DNA of 64,000 nucleotides from an uncultured Gammaproteobacteria bacterium (GCA_963773065.1 CAVYZN010000021.1:9110-73109), one strand, 5' to 3'; counted from the stretch's first letter, positions 31,565 to 43,737 are shown. Program-made: numbers and translations. The notes: generated by a model not told the origin, from the letters alone.

Positions 31565-32263
31565 ATGACATCGAAAACAACACCCTCCGACAGCACCGTG
31601 CCCGTGATCACGATTGATGGCCCCAGCGGCTCCGGCAAAGGAACCATCAGCCAGCAACTGGCGGGGAAACTGGGTTGGCATTACCTCGACAGTGGCGCTC
31701 TTTATCGCCTGCTCGCCTGCGCGGCGTTGCGGGACGGCGTTGCGCTGGATGACGCCTCGGGACTGGTTGCCCTGGTTGATAGGATCAACGGGGAATTTCG
31801 TTATTCAGCGACCGGCAGGGAATGTGTCTTGCTGGATCACGAGGATGTGACGAGGCGCCTGCGTACCGAGGAATGCGGTAATGCGGCCTCGATGCTCGCC
31901 ATCTTGCCGGAAGTGCGGATTGCCCTGCTGGCCTGGCAGCGACGCTATCGCCGGCCACCCGGTCTGGTCGCGGATGGGCGCGATATGGGTACGGTTGTTT
32001 TTCCCGATGCCGGGCTCAAGATATTCCTCACCGCAAGTCCCGAGGAACGTGCCTGGAGAAGATATAAGCAACTGAAAGAAAAGGGCATTAAAGCCACCCT
32101 GGAAGAGATTCTTGAGGATACCAGGGCGCGTGATCAGCGCGATAGGACACGCAAGAGCGCACCGCTCGAGCCGGCTATGGATGCCTTCATACTGGATAAT
32201 GGCGGCCTGGATGTCGCCGCGACCGTTGCCATTATCCTTGATCGACTCTCGATGAATGTTTAG
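31565..32263 (+). CDS. cmk: Cytidylate kinase
   Basis: IDGPSGSGKGT, DSGALYR, DGRDMGTVVFP. Confidence 0.96.
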   Translation: MTSKTTPSDSTVPVITIDGPSGSGKGTISQQLAGKLGWHYLDSGALYRLLACAALRDGVALDDASGLVALVDRINGEFRYSATGRECVLLDHEDVTRRLRTEECGNAASMLAILPEVRIALLAWQRRYRRPPGLVADGRDMGTVVFPDAGLKIFLTASPEERAWRRYKQLKEKGIKATLEEILEDTRARDQRDRTRKSAPLEPAMDAFILDNGGLDVAATVAIILDRLSMNV

Positions 32264-32270
32264 AAAAACC

Positions 32271-32419
32271 TTGTACAATTAGGAGGATAGCGTATAAAAT
32301 CACGCACTGGTGATCGGGTTCATGCCCGATCGTGTTGATAAACTGACCCATCGTATCGTCTGATACGTGGTTTCGCACAAGGACTGCATGCATGCAGTCC
32401 TTAAGGACAAGTTACTCCC
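32271..32419 (+). promoter_or_regulatory. rpsA promoter and three-hairpin leader
   Basis: TTGTAC (32271) and TAAAAT (32295); hairpins near 32311-32332, 32348-32370 and 32379-32402. Confidence 0.6.
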
Positions 32420-34093
32420 ATGACCGAAAGTTTTGCTGAAATGTTTGAACAAAGTCTTGCTAGTCAGGAACTAAGGCGAGGTGCCGTAGTTATCGGCAGA
32501 GTTGTTGATATCCAGATCGATAATGTGGTCATCAATGCCGGCCTGAAGTCCGAAGGCGTCATACCCATCGAGCAGTTCAAGAATGCGCAGGGTGAACTGG
32601 AAGTGGCGCTCGGCGATGAGGTTGAAGTCTCGCTGGAGGCGATCGAAGACGGATTCGGCGAGACCCGCCTGTCTCGTGAGAAAGCGAAACGTGATCAGGT
32701 CTGGCGGCGTCTGGAAAAGGCCTTTGAAAAAGAGGAAATCGTAAAGGGTGTCATCAGCGGCAAGGTCAAGGGCGGATTTACCGTCGACATCGAGGATATT
32801 CGCGCCTTCCTCCCCGGCTCACTGGTCGATGTGCGGCCGGTGCGTGATCCGGTCTACCTTGAAGGCAAGGAACTCGATTTCAAGGTCATCAAGCTGGACA
32901 AGCGCCGTAACAATGTCGTGGTATCGCGCCGCGCCGTCGTGGAGACCGAGTTCAGTGCGGAACGCGAGGCCCTGCTGGAAAACCTGCAGGAAGGGCAGGT
33001 CGTGAAGGGTATCGTTAAGAATCTAACGGATTATGGTGTGTTTGTGGATCTTGGCGGCATTGACGGGTTGCTGCACATCACGGATATGGCCTGGAAGCGT
33101 GTCAAGCATCCCTCCGAGATCGTCAATGTCGGTGACGAGATCGATGTCAAGGTTCTAAAGTTCGATCGCGAGCGCAACCGGGTATCACTGGGAATCAAGC
33201 AGCTCGGTCAGGATCCCTGGGCCGATCTGGCGCGCCGTTACCCCTCCGGTACACGCTTGTTCGGCAAGATTACCAACATTGCCGACTACGGATGTTTCGT
33301 GGAGATCGAGGAGGGCGTTGAGGGACTGGTACACGTCTCCGAAATGGACTGGACCAACAAGAACGTCAATCCTTCCAAGGCCGTTCATGTCGGCCAGGAA
33401 GTCGAAGTGATGGTGCTCGATATCGACGAGGAACGCCGTCGCATCTCGCTGGGTATCAAGCAATGCTACCCGAATCCGTGGGATGAATTTGCCGCCACGC
33501 ACAACAAGGGCGATCACGTCGCCGGCTCCATCAAGTCCATAACCGATTTCGGCATCTTTATCGGTCTGGATGGCGGCATCGATGGCCTGATCCATCTTTC
33601 GGATATTTCCTGGAATGAACCGGGTGAAGAGGCCGTCCGCAAGTATCAGAAGGGTGATGAAATCGAGGCGGTGGTTCTGTCCGTCGATCCGGAGCGCGAA
33701 AGAATCTCGCTGGGCGTCAAGCAGCTCGAGAAGGACCCTTATTCCAATTTTGTGGCCGAACACAGCAAAGGGAGCATCGTCAAGGGCGTAGTCAAGGAGG
33801 TCGATGCCAAGGCTGCCGTCATCGACCTAGGAGACGGTGTTGAAGGTACGCTGCGTGCTTCGGAGCTGTCACGCGACCGGATCGAGGATGCGCGCACCAT
33901 CCTGACTGTTGGCGATGAAGTCGAGGCCAAGTTCATGGGTGTGGACCGCAAGAATAGGACCATCAGCCTGTCTGTCAAGTCCAAGGACAGCGATGATGAA
34001 GCCGCCATGCTGCAGGATTATGGTGTCGACAGCGCCGAGGCAACAACCAATCTGGGGGATGTTCTCAAGCGGCAGCTGGGTGGTGAGGAGTAA
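32420..34093 (+). CDS. rpsA: 30S ribosomal protein S1
   Basis: [12 protein letters not shown], six S1 repeats ([24 protein letters not shown]). Confidence 0.98.
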   Translation: MTESFAEMFEQSLASQELRRGAVVIGRVVDIQIDNVVINAGLKSEGVIPIEQFKNAQGELEVALGDEVEVSLEAIEDGFGETRLSREKAKRDQVWRRLEKAFEKEEIVKGVISGKVKGGFTVDIEDIRAFLPGSLVDVRPVRDPVYLEGKELDFKVIKLDKRRNNVVVSRRAVVETEFSAEREALLENLQEGQVVKGIVKNLTDYGVFVDLGGIDGLLHITDMAWKRVKHPSEIVNVGDEIDVKVLKFDRERNRVSLGIKQLGQDPWADLARRYPSGTRLFGKITNIADYGCFVEIEEGVEGLVHVSEMDWTNKNVNPSKAVHVGQEVEVMVLDIDEERRRISLGIKQCYPNPWDEFAATHNKGDHVAGSIKSITDFGIFIGLDGGIDGLIHLSDISWNEPGEEAVRKYQKGDEIEAVVLSVDPERERISLGVKQLEKDPYSNFVAEHSKGSIVKGVVKEVDAKAAVIDLGDGVEGTLRASELSRDRIEDARTILTVGDEVEAKFMGVDRKNRTISLSVKSKDSDDEAAMLQDYGVDSAEATTNLGDVLKRQLGGEE

Positions 34094-34147
34094 GTACCCG
34101 CTGAGAGAAGCGATAACTGGAACTGTTTAATCCGGGTGGTGGAGCAA

Positions 34148-34450
34148 ATGACAAAGTCTGAACTAATCGAAATTCTCGCGGCCAAGAACAGTCACCTTAA
34201 CAACAAGGATGTCGAACTGGCTGTGAAAAGCCTGCTGGAACAGATGAGTCAGGCACTTGCAACCGGACAACGGATCGAAATCAGGGGTTTTGGAAGTTTC
34301 TCCTTGCACTATCGTCCGCCCCGAATCGGCAGAAATCCCAAGACGGGTGATTCGGTGGCGCTGGCATCGAAACACGTGCCGCATTTCAAACCCGGCAAGG
34401 AACTGCGAGAACGGGTCAACGGTTACTTCCATCGCATTAAGGACATTTAA
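34148..34450 (+). CDS. ihfB: Integration host factor beta
   Basis: [35 protein letters not shown]. Confidence 0.97.
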   Translation: MTKSELIEILAAKNSHLNNKDVELAVKSLLEQMSQALATGQRIEIRGFGSFSLHYRPPRIGRNPKTGDSVALASKHVPHFKPGKELRERVNGYFHRIKDI

Positions 34451-34745
34451 CGTAGGGCGGTGCACGGGCTGAATATCCGTGGTTTAGTCGGCACCGCCGT
34501 GTTTTCCCCCGCGTTACAGCGGATGATCCGGGTTCTGATCGCCCGTGACCTTGTCAGGATCCGGTCCGCACATGCCTTCCGGATCTATCGTGCTGAAAAA
34601 TATTCGGGTGTCCCCGATAGTCACAACGGCCTTCAGCCGCCTGGCGGTTGATGACATGACTTTGACTTCCCCGTAGCCATGGCCTGTCGGTTCTAAGCAC
34701 GGTTAGCTCGCAGATTGGACCTGACCATGATAGGAAACACCTGAG

Positions 34746-35462
34746 ATGAACAAGACAGAGAATCTTGGACCACGCGTTATTGTAGCCCTGGATTATCCCG
34801 ATGCGGAATCCGCGTGGCGACTGGTCAAGCGACTGGAATCCACTCAATGCCGACTCAAGATTGGTAAGGAACTGTTTACCGTTGCCGGTCCCGACTTTGT
34901 CCGCAAGCTGGTTGGAAATGGGTTTGATGTTTTTCTCGACTTGAAATTCCATGACATACCCAGCACGGCTGCCAAGGCCTGCCGTGCCGCTGCGCAGATA
35001 GGGGTGTGGATGATGAACGTCCACGCCCTGGGCGGGGAGAGAATGCTCGCTGCGGCGCGTGAGGCGCTCTCCGAACTGCTCCATCCTCCCTTGTTGGTTG
35101 CCGTCACCATACTTACCAGCATGGACGACAATGACCTGAGGTCAATTGGCCTGGGCGGGACACCGGAAGAACACGTGATCCGTCTGGCGACGCTGGCGCA
35201 CGACCATGGTCTTGATGGTGTCGTTTGCTCGTCCAGGGAAACAAAAGTGCTGAGCGCGCGCTTTGGTGCAGGCTTTCGGCTTGTCACACCCGGCATACGA
35301 CCCTCCGGCAGCCTGATGGACGACCAGCGACGCGTCATGACGCCGGCTGATGCCATCAGGAACGGATCGACCTATCTGGTCATCGGACGACCGATTACCC
35401 AGGCGGACGACCCGCTGGGGATATTGCTTACAATAAATTCGGAATTGGCCGCATTGAATTGA
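34746..35462 (+). CDS. pyrF: Orotidine-5'-phosphate decarboxylase
   Basis: [27 protein letters not shown]. Confidence 0.97.
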   Translation: MNKTENLGPRVIVALDYPDAESAWRLVKRLESTQCRLKIGKELFTVAGPDFVRKLVGNGFDVFLDLKFHDIPSTAAKACRAAAQIGVWMMNVHALGGERMLAAAREALSELLHPPLLVAVTILTSMDDNDLRSIGLGGTPEEHVIRLATLAHDHGLDGVVCSSRETKVLSARFGAGFRLVTPGIRPSGSLMDDQRRVMTPADAIRNGSTYLVIGRPITQADDPLGILLTINSELAALN

Positions 35463-35575
35463 CCATGCCGCGCAGTATTCTATTTCCGCGCGGTGTATCC
35501 CGATAGTATGACCAGACGGATACACGGCATGTGAATTTACACCAGGGATGATCACAACGGAAAGGAGTCCAGAGT

Positions 35576-35854
35576 ATGTCCATTATCAGATCCATGTTAT
35601 TGCTGTTTGCAATGCTGCTGACAGTCTCTGCAGGGGCCTTAGCGGATCCGGTTGATATCAATTCAGCCGATGCCGAAACACTTGCCAATAGCATTGATGG
35701 CGTCGGCACGCAGAAGGCGCTGGCTATCGTTCAGTACCGGGAGGCGAATGGTCCGTTCTCAAGCGTCGATGACCTTGCCAACGTACAGGGAATCGGGATG
35801 AAAATTGTCGACAACAATCGCAGCAAACTGACTGTCGTGAAGCCATCAGAGTGA
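35576..35854 (+). CDS. comEA: ComEA-family helix-hairpin-helix DNA-binding protein
   Basis: Signal peptide, VDINSADAETL, GVGTQKA, GPFSSVDDL, GIG. Confidence 0.88.
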   Translation: MSIIRSMLLLFAMLLTVSAGALADPVDINSADAETLANSIDGVGTQKALAIVQYREANGPFSSVDDLANVQGIGMKIVDNNRSKLTVVKPSE

Positions 35855-35896
35855 ACCATTGATGTCCGGTCACAATTGACATCAAACGACTACGGC

Positions 35897-35925
35897 AAGG
35901 CGCCCTCCACGAGGGCGCTTTTTTT
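35897..35925 (+). terminator. Rho-independent terminator
   Basis: GCGCCCTC-CAC-GAGGGCGC followed by T7. Confidence 0.85.
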
Positions 35926-36252
35926 ATTTGCTGCTTCGTCATTGTCTGCCGCCTGACGCGGCAAGACCCGGGGAATTTCTGGTAATCAACAATTCCTGAC
36001 ACATTCCTGTAGAATCAAGCCGAGTTATTAAAAACAACAAAAGCAACTGGAAACATGAAGATATTGTCAGTAACCGCGTTATCGTGAGGGCTGTTCCAGC
36101 ATGAATGATGACACGGCGACGGCTATTGACTACCATGGTCACCATTGCCGATAGTCTAACTGGATGATAGTCAATAATTTACAGAAATGGCCGATGGTTG
36201 TGGCAGATTTACTGGCCAGTTTTCATTCTAGAACCCATCACGGACAGATCCT

Positions 36253-37677
36253 ATGAAACTTATTCCGGTGATTCTCTCAGGTGGTTCAGGCTCGCGTCTG
36301 TGGCCGTTGTCGCGTGAGAACTATCCAAAGCCGTTGCTGCCGCTGACCTCGGAGCGCAGCCTGCTGCAGGACACGGCCGCGCGTCTCGACGGCCTGCCGG
36401 AGGTGGGTGATGCGGTGTACGTCTGTAATGAGGAACACCGTTACCTTGTGGCCGAGCAGGTGGCCGCCATGGGCAAGACGCCGGCAACCATCATCCTCGA
36501 ACCCGAGGGGAGAAATACCGCCCCCGCGCTGACCTTGGCGGCATTGTACCTGGCGCGCAACACGCCGGACTCCCTGATGTTGGTGATGCCGGCGGATCAT
36601 GTCATCACGGAGCGTGAGGCGTTTCTTGAAGCGGTTCACAAGGGGTGCGGGCCGGCCGGGGTGGGCAGCCTGGTGACCTTCGGTGTGGTGCCGGATGCGC
36701 CGGAAACCGGATACGGCTACATCAAGCGGGATGCTGAACTCGACGGCGCCCAAGCCTTTACTGTAGCGCGTTTTGTCGAGAAGCCGGACCTGGAAACCGC
36801 CAACCGCTACGTGAGTGAAGGTGATTATTACTGGAATAGTGGAATTTTCCTGATGCGCACCCGGCGCTGGCTGGAGGAGATTGGCCGTTTCCGCCCGGAC
36901 ATACTCGATGCATGTCGCGAGGCCATGGAGCGGGGCACAGAGGACAGTGACTTCTACCGCGTCTCCCGACCGGCCTTTCTAGGTTGTCCAAGTGACTCGA
37001 TCGATTACGCGGTAATGGAAAAAACCGTCAATGCCGTAGTGGTGCCGTTCAGCGCGGGCTGGTCGGATGTCGGGGCCTGGTCGGCGTTATGGAAGGTGTG
37101 TCCCCAGAATGCCGACGGCAATGTCATCCAGGGCGATGTTATCGCCGAGGATACGCACAATGCACTGCTGTTCGCCCAGCATCGCTGTCTGGCGACGGTG
37201 GGAATAGATGACATCATCGTGGTGGAGACGGCCGATGCGGTGCTGGTGGCAAGCAAGGACCGGGCTCAGGACGTCAAGCACATCGTCAACACGCTGAAGG
37301 CGCGCAAGCGCGTGGAATTTAAGGTACACCGGTGTGTCTACCGGCCGTGGGGTTCCTATGAAGGCATTGATGCCGGTCCCCGTTTCCAGGTCAAACGTCT
37401 GACCGTCAAACCCGGTGCGGCGCTGTCGCTGCAGATGCACCACCATCGTGCCGAGCACTGGGTGGTGGTTAAAGGTACCGCACGGGTTACCTGCGGCGAG
37501 AGCGTATTTAACCTGCACGAGAACGAGTCAACCTATATTCCCATCGGTGAAAAACACCGGTTGGAGAACCCAGGCAACATCCCGCTGGAGATTATCGAGA
37601 TTCAGTCCGGTAGTTACCTCGGCGAGGATGATATCGTTCGATTCGAGGACGTGTATGACCGTTGCCAGGCGAAGTGA
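36253..37677 (+). CDS. manC: Mannose-1-phosphate guanylyltransferase/mannose-6-phosphate isomerase
   Basis: [38 protein letters not shown] cupin. Confidence 0.95.
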   Translation: MKLIPVILSGGSGSRLWPLSRENYPKPLLPLTSERSLLQDTAARLDGLPEVGDAVYVCNEEHRYLVAEQVAAMGKTPATIILEPEGRNTAPALTLAALYLARNTPDSLMLVMPADHVITEREAFLEAVHKGCGPAGVGSLVTFGVVPDAPETGYGYIKRDAELDGAQAFTVARFVEKPDLETANRYVSEGDYYWNSGIFLMRTRRWLEEIGRFRPDILDACREAMERGTEDSDFYRVSRPAFLGCPSDSIDYAVMEKTVNAVVVPFSAGWSDVGAWSALWKVCPQNADGNVIQGDVIAEDTHNALLFAQHRCLATVGIDDIIVVETADAVLVASKDRAQDVKHIVNTLKARKRVEFKVHRCVYRPWGSYEGIDAGPRFQVKRLTVKPGAALSLQMHHHRAEHWVVVKGTARVTCGESVFNLHENESTYIPIGEKHRLENPGNIPLEIIEIQSGSYLGEDDIVRFEDVYDRCQAK

Positions 37678-37703
37678 TAACACAACACCAAGGTCAGAAA
37701 TTT

Positions 37704-38615
37704 ATGGATAGAAAAGTTACGAAAGCGGTATTCCCGGTTGCGGGCCTGGGTACACGTTTCCTGCCGGCTACCAAGGCCAACCCCAAGGAAATGCTACCCA
37801 TCGTCGACAAGCCACTGATTCAGTATGCGGCGGAAGAGGCGGTCAAGGCAGGTATCAATGAGTTGATTTTCGTAACGAGCAGCAGCAAGCGTGCCATTGA
37901 AGATCATTTTGACAAGAATTATGAGCTGGAAACGGAACTGGCGCATCGAGGTAAAACCAAATTGCTTTCCATTGTTCAGAATGTCGTTCCGGAACATATC
38001 ACCTGCGTCTATGTACGCCAGCCCGAAGCTCTTGGTCTGGGTCATGCCGTGTTGTGTGCAAGGCCGGTGGTGGGCGATGACCCCTTTGCAGTGATACTGG
38101 CTGACGACCTGATCGAGTGTGCTGATGAGTGCTGTCTAAGCCAGATGGTTGCCGTATATAAGGAGCACGGGTGCAGCATACTCGGTGTGGAAGAGGTGCC
38201 AAGGAATGAAACTGACAGGTACGGAATTGTGGATCCTGCCTCATCCAGCGGTCGCAACAGCTTCGTAAGGAATATCGTGGAAAAACCAGCGCCTGAAGTA
38301 GCCAAATCTAACCTGGCTGTAGTGGGACGTTACATACTCAACCCAAGAATCTTCGCGCATCTGCAAACGATTCCACGCGGTGCCGGTGGAGAGATACAAC
38401 TTACCGACGCCATAGAACAATTGCTGAAGGAAGAACAGGTGCTGGCGTATCGCTTTAAAGGCAAGCGCTATGATTGCGGCAGCAAACTGGGCTATCTGCA
38501 GGCGACAGTTGAGTACGCGCTGAGACACCCAGAACTGCGCGATGCTTTTCGTGAGTATCTGGTGGCTGAATTGGGTATGAAGGCAGACAAGGGCCTACTC
38601 AGAATCAGCAACTAA
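37704..38615 (+). CDS. galU: UTP-glucose-1-phosphate uridylyltransferase
   Basis: [39 protein letters not shown]. Confidence 0.96.
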   Translation: MDRKVTKAVFPVAGLGTRFLPATKANPKEMLPIVDKPLIQYAAEEAVKAGINELIFVTSSSKRAIEDHFDKNYELETELAHRGKTKLLSIVQNVVPEHITCVYVRQPEALGLGHAVLCARPVVGDDPFAVILADDLIECADECCLSQMVAVYKEHGCSILGVEEVPRNETDRYGIVDPASSSGRNSFVRNIVEKPAPEVAKSNLAVVGRYILNPRIFAHLQTIPRGAGGEIQLTDAIEQLLKEEQVLAYRFKGKRYDCGSKLGYLQATVEYALRHPELRDAFREYLVAELGMKADKGLLRISN

Positions 38616-38704
38616 CTGTTACTACGGCAATGGCAATCCTGGCCGGATTGAATGGTTCTCCGGGATGAGACTGAACCGCTGGCCTAGCGATCTGGTGTTT
38701 AGCC

Positions 38705-38739
38705 AAACAAACGGCGACCCGAAGGTCGCCGTTTGTTTT
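38705..38739. terminator. Bidirectional Rho-independent terminator
   Basis: AAACAAACGGCGACC-CGAA-GGTCGCCGTTTGTTTT between convergent genes. Confidence 0.85.
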
Positions 38740-38779
38740 ATGCACAAATGACGATGTCAGGGTCGTCACAGTGCGGAAG

Positions 38780-38935
38780 TCAACCGTCGAGATGTGAGGC
38801 TACCCAGGGCATGGAAACCAGTGTGATGGCAGCGGCGACGACGTAAATCTTCAATGCACCAAGCCACGCGAGATACTGCAAGCTGGGATCACCCAGAAAG
38901 TAAATTACCATCAGAGTAATAATCATCTTGTTCAT
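38780..38935 (-). CDS. Small hydrophobic hypothetical protein (~51 aa)
   Basis: GGGGAG RBS upstream of MNKMIITL; two hydrophobic segments; converges on the terminator. Confidence 0.5.
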   Translation of the reverse strand: MNKMIITLMVIYFLGDPSLQYLAWLGALKIYVVAAAITLVSMPWVASHLDG

Positions 38936-39058
38936 AACCATCTCCCCGTTACTACCTGCTGTTTCGATGGTTATATACTGAACCAGTGATGACATTATTT
39001 CTGTGACTGGCAACACGCCAGATAGAAACGCGTGTCACATATTCATGCAAAAGACAGC

Positions 39059-39457
39059 CTATCCATTGTGTACCTCATGTTTGTCAAGCACTGAAGGGGC
39101 GGGGTTTCTTATGTCTTGTTGGGCAGGTAGCCAACCTTCACCGATATAAGGATCTACCCGCTCTTCCTGCTCTGTGTTCCTGCCACTGGGAGCGTGTTGC
39201 TCATTGGCGAAATCAATAGCCTCCCGGATATCATCAAGCCTTCCCAATAACGCACCAAGAGCGCCGGCTAGCAGCGAAGGCATAAGAAACATCCAGACCC
39301 AAAACCAGCCAGTGACAGCAGCACCATGGATTGCATCACCACTCGATGATGGTATCCCAATCTGCAGGGATCCCATCCCGAATTGCTGTCCTCCGAATAA
39401 TGCCCCTAGTCCTAGGAAGATCCAAACAAAGGAGAATACATACAATAACGTCTTCAT
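39059..39457 (-). CDS. Hypothetical membrane protein (2 TM)
   Basis: 132-aa ORF with two hydrophobic helices. Confidence 0.55.
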   Translation of the reverse strand: MKTLLYVFSFVWIFLGLGALFGGQQFGMGSLQIGIPSSSGDAIHGAAVTGWFWVWMFLMPSLLAGALGALLGRLDDIREAIDFANEQHAPSGRNTEQEERVDPYIGEGWLPAQQDIRNPAPSVLDKHEVHNG

Positions 39458-39925
39458 ATCGGTTCACCCAAAAGCTGTTTTCATCTGATACTACACCCGA
39501 GGGGTATTTCAGGCAGAGAAATGCACCGCGATTTCCATTAACGGGGCATAATATCCCGCTCCGACACGGAATTGATAAAGCGGGGAATGTTGTGTAACTC
39601 TTTGATTGTGGCCCGGGACGGGCTCAAACTGATCATATAACTACATGTAATACAATAAATATATCTTGTGTTGATAATGCGTATGCCCCAAATGTGCCCC
39701 CAATGCATTATTGTACCCTGCTCGTTAGATAATGCTAAATGGCCGGAAACGACCCTAAGTTGCCGTTTAGTCGATGATTATATAAGCAGTGCCTTAACGA
39801 GAAAGAACGGCCTAATGCGAACATGCATGACATGCGGAGCGAGGGTATTTCTGGCTAACATTATTCAATAACAATCACTGCCCGGTAATCCAGCCAGAAC
39901 GACATGCTCAGAATTAAGAGATGAG

Positions 39926-41841
39926 GTGAATAAAGAGATGGATGGGATCAAGGAGAAAATTTATCTGGACTTGCTCCATGGCGAGAGAATACCGCAGGAC
40001 GGGCAGGCTGTTGCACCAGTTCATCCTCTGGAGGCAAATGCGAAAGTGGCTCGCGGACGACGGTCTCAGCTTCTGTCCACTAGACAGAAGCTAGCTTGGT
40101 TGATGCTTGGCGTGGTTTCCGGTGCACTGATCGTTATCGTGGCTTGGTGGCCTGAATTGAACGAATTGGCAGGTGGCGCAGGAGTCAAGGGGATGGTAAG
40201 CAGTTTGACGGAGCATCGACAGTCTGGCGAGCTACCGGCACAATCTTTCACGACAGAAGAAACCAGAGGAGATCTCAAACAGGGTGTCATATCCCGGCTG
40301 GAATTACTGCCACCCACGGCTGCTGGTATGGGGAACGACAGTACTTCGGCGGGCAAGGATAAAGACAAGTCCAGGAATACTACGAGCAGTACACTCCTTG
40401 CAAAATCAGACAACCTTCCTGTTACTACCCAAGTTCAGCCACATGAAACAATAAGTGATACTGACCCAGCAATGAGTGCAGTGCTAGAGGCGGAAGATAC
40501 CTTGGCGCGCTTGCAAAAACTGGCTGAGTTCGGAGATGCCAAGGCACAAAACATCCTTGGGGTGATGTACGCCACCGGCGATGGCGTGCCGAAGAATGCT
40601 GCCAAGGCAGCAGAGTGGTATCAGAAGGCGGCGGGGCAGGGAGATGCCAAGGCACAATACAACCTCGGAATAATGTACGCCACCGGCGATGGCGTGCCGA
40701 TGGACCATGGTAAAGCCATGGAATGGCTTCAGAAGGCAGCCGCGCAGGGAGATGCCAGCGCACAATTCAAACTCGGAGTGATGTACAGAAGCGGCGATGG
40801 CGTGCCGAAAAATGCCGCCAAGGCAGCAGAGTGGTTTGAGAAAGCGGCGGCGCAGGGAAATGCCGATGCACAACTCAACCTGGGGGTGATCGCCACCGAC
40901 GATGGCATGCCGAAGAATGCTACCAAGGCAGCAGAGGGGGATAAGAAGTCGGCGACGCAGGAAGATGCCAAGGCACAGCACAACCCCGGAATAATTATGC
41001 CACCGGTGATGGCGTGCCGTTGAACCCTGGTAAAGCCATGGAACGGCTTCAGACGGCAGCCGCGCAGGACGATGCCAGCGCACAGTTTAAACTCGGGTTG
41101 ATGTACAGAAGCGGCGAAGGCGTGCCGAAGAATGCCGCCAAGGCAGCAGAGTGGTTTGAGCAGGCGGCGGCGCAGGGAAATGTCAATGCACAGTTCAACC
41201 TCGGGGTAATGTACAGAAGCGGCGAAGGCGTGCCGAAGAATGCCGCCAAGGCAGCAGAGTGGTTTGAGCAGGCGGCGGCACAGGGAAATGTCAATGCACA
41301 GTACAACCTCGGGGTGATGTATGACACTGGCGATGGCGTGCCGATGGACTCTGCTAAAGCCATCGAATGGTTTCAGAAGGCAGCGGCGCAGGGAGATGCC
41401 AAGGCACAGAACAAAGTCGGAATAATGTATGCCACTGGCGATGGTGTGCCGATGGACCCTGCTAAAGCCATGGAATGGTTTCAGAGATCGGCGATGCAGG
41501 GATATTCAAACGCACAATTAAACCTCGGGATGATGTACGCCACCGGCGATGGCGTGCCGAAGAATGCTGCCAAGGCAGCAGCGTGGTTTCAGAAAGCGGC
41601 GGCGCAGGGAGATGCCGGCGCACAATTCAACCTCGGGGTGATGTACAGAATCGGCGAAGGCGTGTCGAAGGATTTGATATTAGCCTATGCATGGTTGAAT
41701 CTGGCTGCGATACAGGATATTGAGAATGCATCAAAAACACGTGACATGCTCGAATTGAATTCAGTCCAGCGTATAGAGGCGGAGCGTATGTCATCTAATT
41801 GGAAAACTGGGCAAGTGCTACAGCGGGATGGCGTGCCATAG
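39926..41841 (+). CDS. Membrane-anchored Sel1-repeat protein (11 repeats; frameshift near 40997)
   Basis: TM at about aa 55-75, then 36-aa AQxNLGxMYxxGxGVPK...A.EW..KAA.QG repeats across two ORFs. Confidence 0.88.
40535..41720 (+). repeat. 108-bp coding tandem repeats (Sel1)
   Basis: Repeated GGCGATGGCGTGCCGAAGAATGCYGCCAAGGCAGCAGAGTGG blocks at ~108-bp period. Confidence 0.9.
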
Positions 41842-41858
41842 CTGCCGTTCACTCCGTC

Positions 41859-42137
41859 ATGACGAACCTCTCTGATCTTCAGTCTCGAAATCTGAATGGC
41901 ATCGCCTTCAACCGCGGGGGCTTGTCTCGCGAACTTGACGCTTACGGTGAACCAGAGGCCGCGGAGTTGATGAAAGTAGTCAGCCCGGAGAAGCAAGCCG
42001 AGATCTCAGCCCGGGCAATGACGATCCTGCTGAGAGTCTTGCATTATCGATAAGGCGATTTGCCTTGCGGCCGTGGAGGTTTTCTTCGGCGAGGTCCGTC
42101 CCTTGCGACGCAAGCGACGCGTGTATCCTAAGAGCTG
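41859..42137 (+). pseudogene. Small hypothetical cassette-like ORF, frameshifted
   Basis: MTNLSDLQSRNLNG...ARAMTI continues as IIDKAICLAAVEVFFGEVRPLRRKRRVYPKS* in another frame; directly upstream of an attC-like site. Confidence 0.4.
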
Positions 42138-42158
42138 ACGGCCACGCGTCGGAGGGGC

Positions 42159-42260
42159 AGCTAACTAACCCTTGCACCCGACCAGGGCACGCTGCTCCAC
42201 TCTCGCATTCGTGATACGCTCTCGGGCGTGCCCTGACGGCTGATGGGCAGGGCGTTAAGG
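42159..42260 (+). other. attC-like integron recombination site (isolated)
   Basis: GCTAAC...TTGCACCCGAC, stem AGGGCACGC/GCGTGCCCT, end GGCAGGGCGTTAAGG. Confidence 0.6.
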
Positions 42261-42322
42261 TCCGAATTCAGGAAATTTAGCCAGCTCTTCTATTCGGATC
42301 GGCTAATTGGCGAGAGACGACC

Positions 42323-42462
42323 CAGCCTGTGTGAAAACTCACGCTGAAGGACGCCGCGCAAAATTCAGGCTTCACCAGAGGCGCGTAGCGCCACGATCGG
42401 CGCGTGAGGAGAGGTTTCGGTACCCCCTGTATTTCGATTATTTCGAGTTTTCACACGGCCTG
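42323..42462. mobile_element. 140-bp MITE with IS1182-like ends
   Basis: TIRs CAGCCTGTGTGAAAACTC / GAGTTTTCACACGGCCTG; GACC duplication at 42319-42322 and 42463-42466. Confidence 0.8.
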
Positions 42463-42467
42463 GACCC

Positions 42468-43737
42468 TGAAGTGGTCCCCAAATTATGGACAGGGGGATA
42501 AGCTCTGACTTTCCGAAGAGAGGAAGGACGACGATGAGTCAGAAGCGCAAGCAATACCGAGCGGATTTCAAGGCCAAGGTAGCCTTGGAAGCCTTACGAG
42601 AGGACATGACCGTGGCCCAGCTTTCGCAGAAACACGGCATTCACCCCACCCTGATTAACCAATGGAAGCGGCAATTGCTGGAACACGCCCCTGCGGCCTT
42701 CGCCCGTGGGGAGTATAAGGACGACACGACGGCTGTCGTTGCCGAGCTCTACCGGCAGATCGGGCAGCTCAAGGTGGAATGCGATTTTTTAGCCGGCAGG
42801 CCCGGGATCAATCCCTTGCGAAGAGGCGTGCGATGATCGACCGGGCCTATTCCCCATTGAGCGTCGTGCGCCAGTGTGAACTGCTCGGCGTCAGCCGTGC
42901 GGGGCTGTATTACCAACCGGCGCGCGAGAGCGAAGAGAACCTGGCCCTGATGCGGCTGATTGACGAGCAATACCTCAAGACGCCGTTCTACGGCAGCCGT
43001 CAGATGAGGAACCACCTTGTGCGGCTGGGATATAAGGTCAACCGCAAGCGGGTGCAACGGCTGATGGCGCTCATGGGATTGCAGGCGGTGGCGCCGGGAC
43101 CACACACCAGCCTCCCGCATCCGCAGCACAAGGTTTATCCGTACCGCTTGCGTGGCATGACCATCGACCGCCCCAACCAGGTCTGGGCCACGGACATCAC
43201 CTATATCCCGATGGCCAAGGGCTTCATGTATCTCATTGCGGTGATGGACTGGGCGACCCGCAAAGTGTATGTCCTGGCGGGTCTCCAATACCCAGGACAC
43301 GACCTTCTGCGTCGAGGCGTTGAAGGAAGCCTTGCTCAACTACCGCAAACCGGAGATCTTCAACACCGACCAGGGCAGCCAGTTCACGAGTAGCGAGTTC
43401 ACTGGTCTGCTCATGACCTGGGGTGTTGAGATCAGCATGGACGGTCGCGGGCGCTGCCACGATAACATTTTCGTGGAGCGTCTTTGGCGCACGGTGAAGT
43501 ACGAGTGTATCCACCTCAACGCCTTTGAAGACGGTCGCTGCCTGCGGGAGGTGCTGGGGTAGCTACTTCGACTGGTATAACCAGGAGAGACCCCACACGG
43601 CGCTAGGAGGCGAAAGCCCGGATACCCTATACTTTGGCAAACAGGAAAACCAACCCCTGGCAGCCTGAGCCAGACAACAACCATGAGTCAGAGCTTATTC
43701 CACCTCCCAGGCTGTCCAAAGGATGGGGTCCACTTCA
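42468..43737 (+). mobile_element. IS3-family insertion sequence (orfA 42534-42836; orfB frameshifted)
   Basis: TG...CA ends TGAAGTGGTCCCC / GGGGTCCACTTCA, CCC duplication; orfA HTH, orfB WATDITYIP, NTDQGSQF, DNIFVERLWRTVKYE. Confidence 0.93.

Noticed and set aside
39003-39018. CRP box TGTGA-N6-ACACG upstream of the small membrane ORF
   Set aside because: Right half-site is weak and there is no supporting promoter geometry
40535-41720. Regular DNA repeats as a possible CRISPR array
   Set aside because: 108-bp in-frame coding repeats with no unique spacers and no cas genes; explained by Sel1
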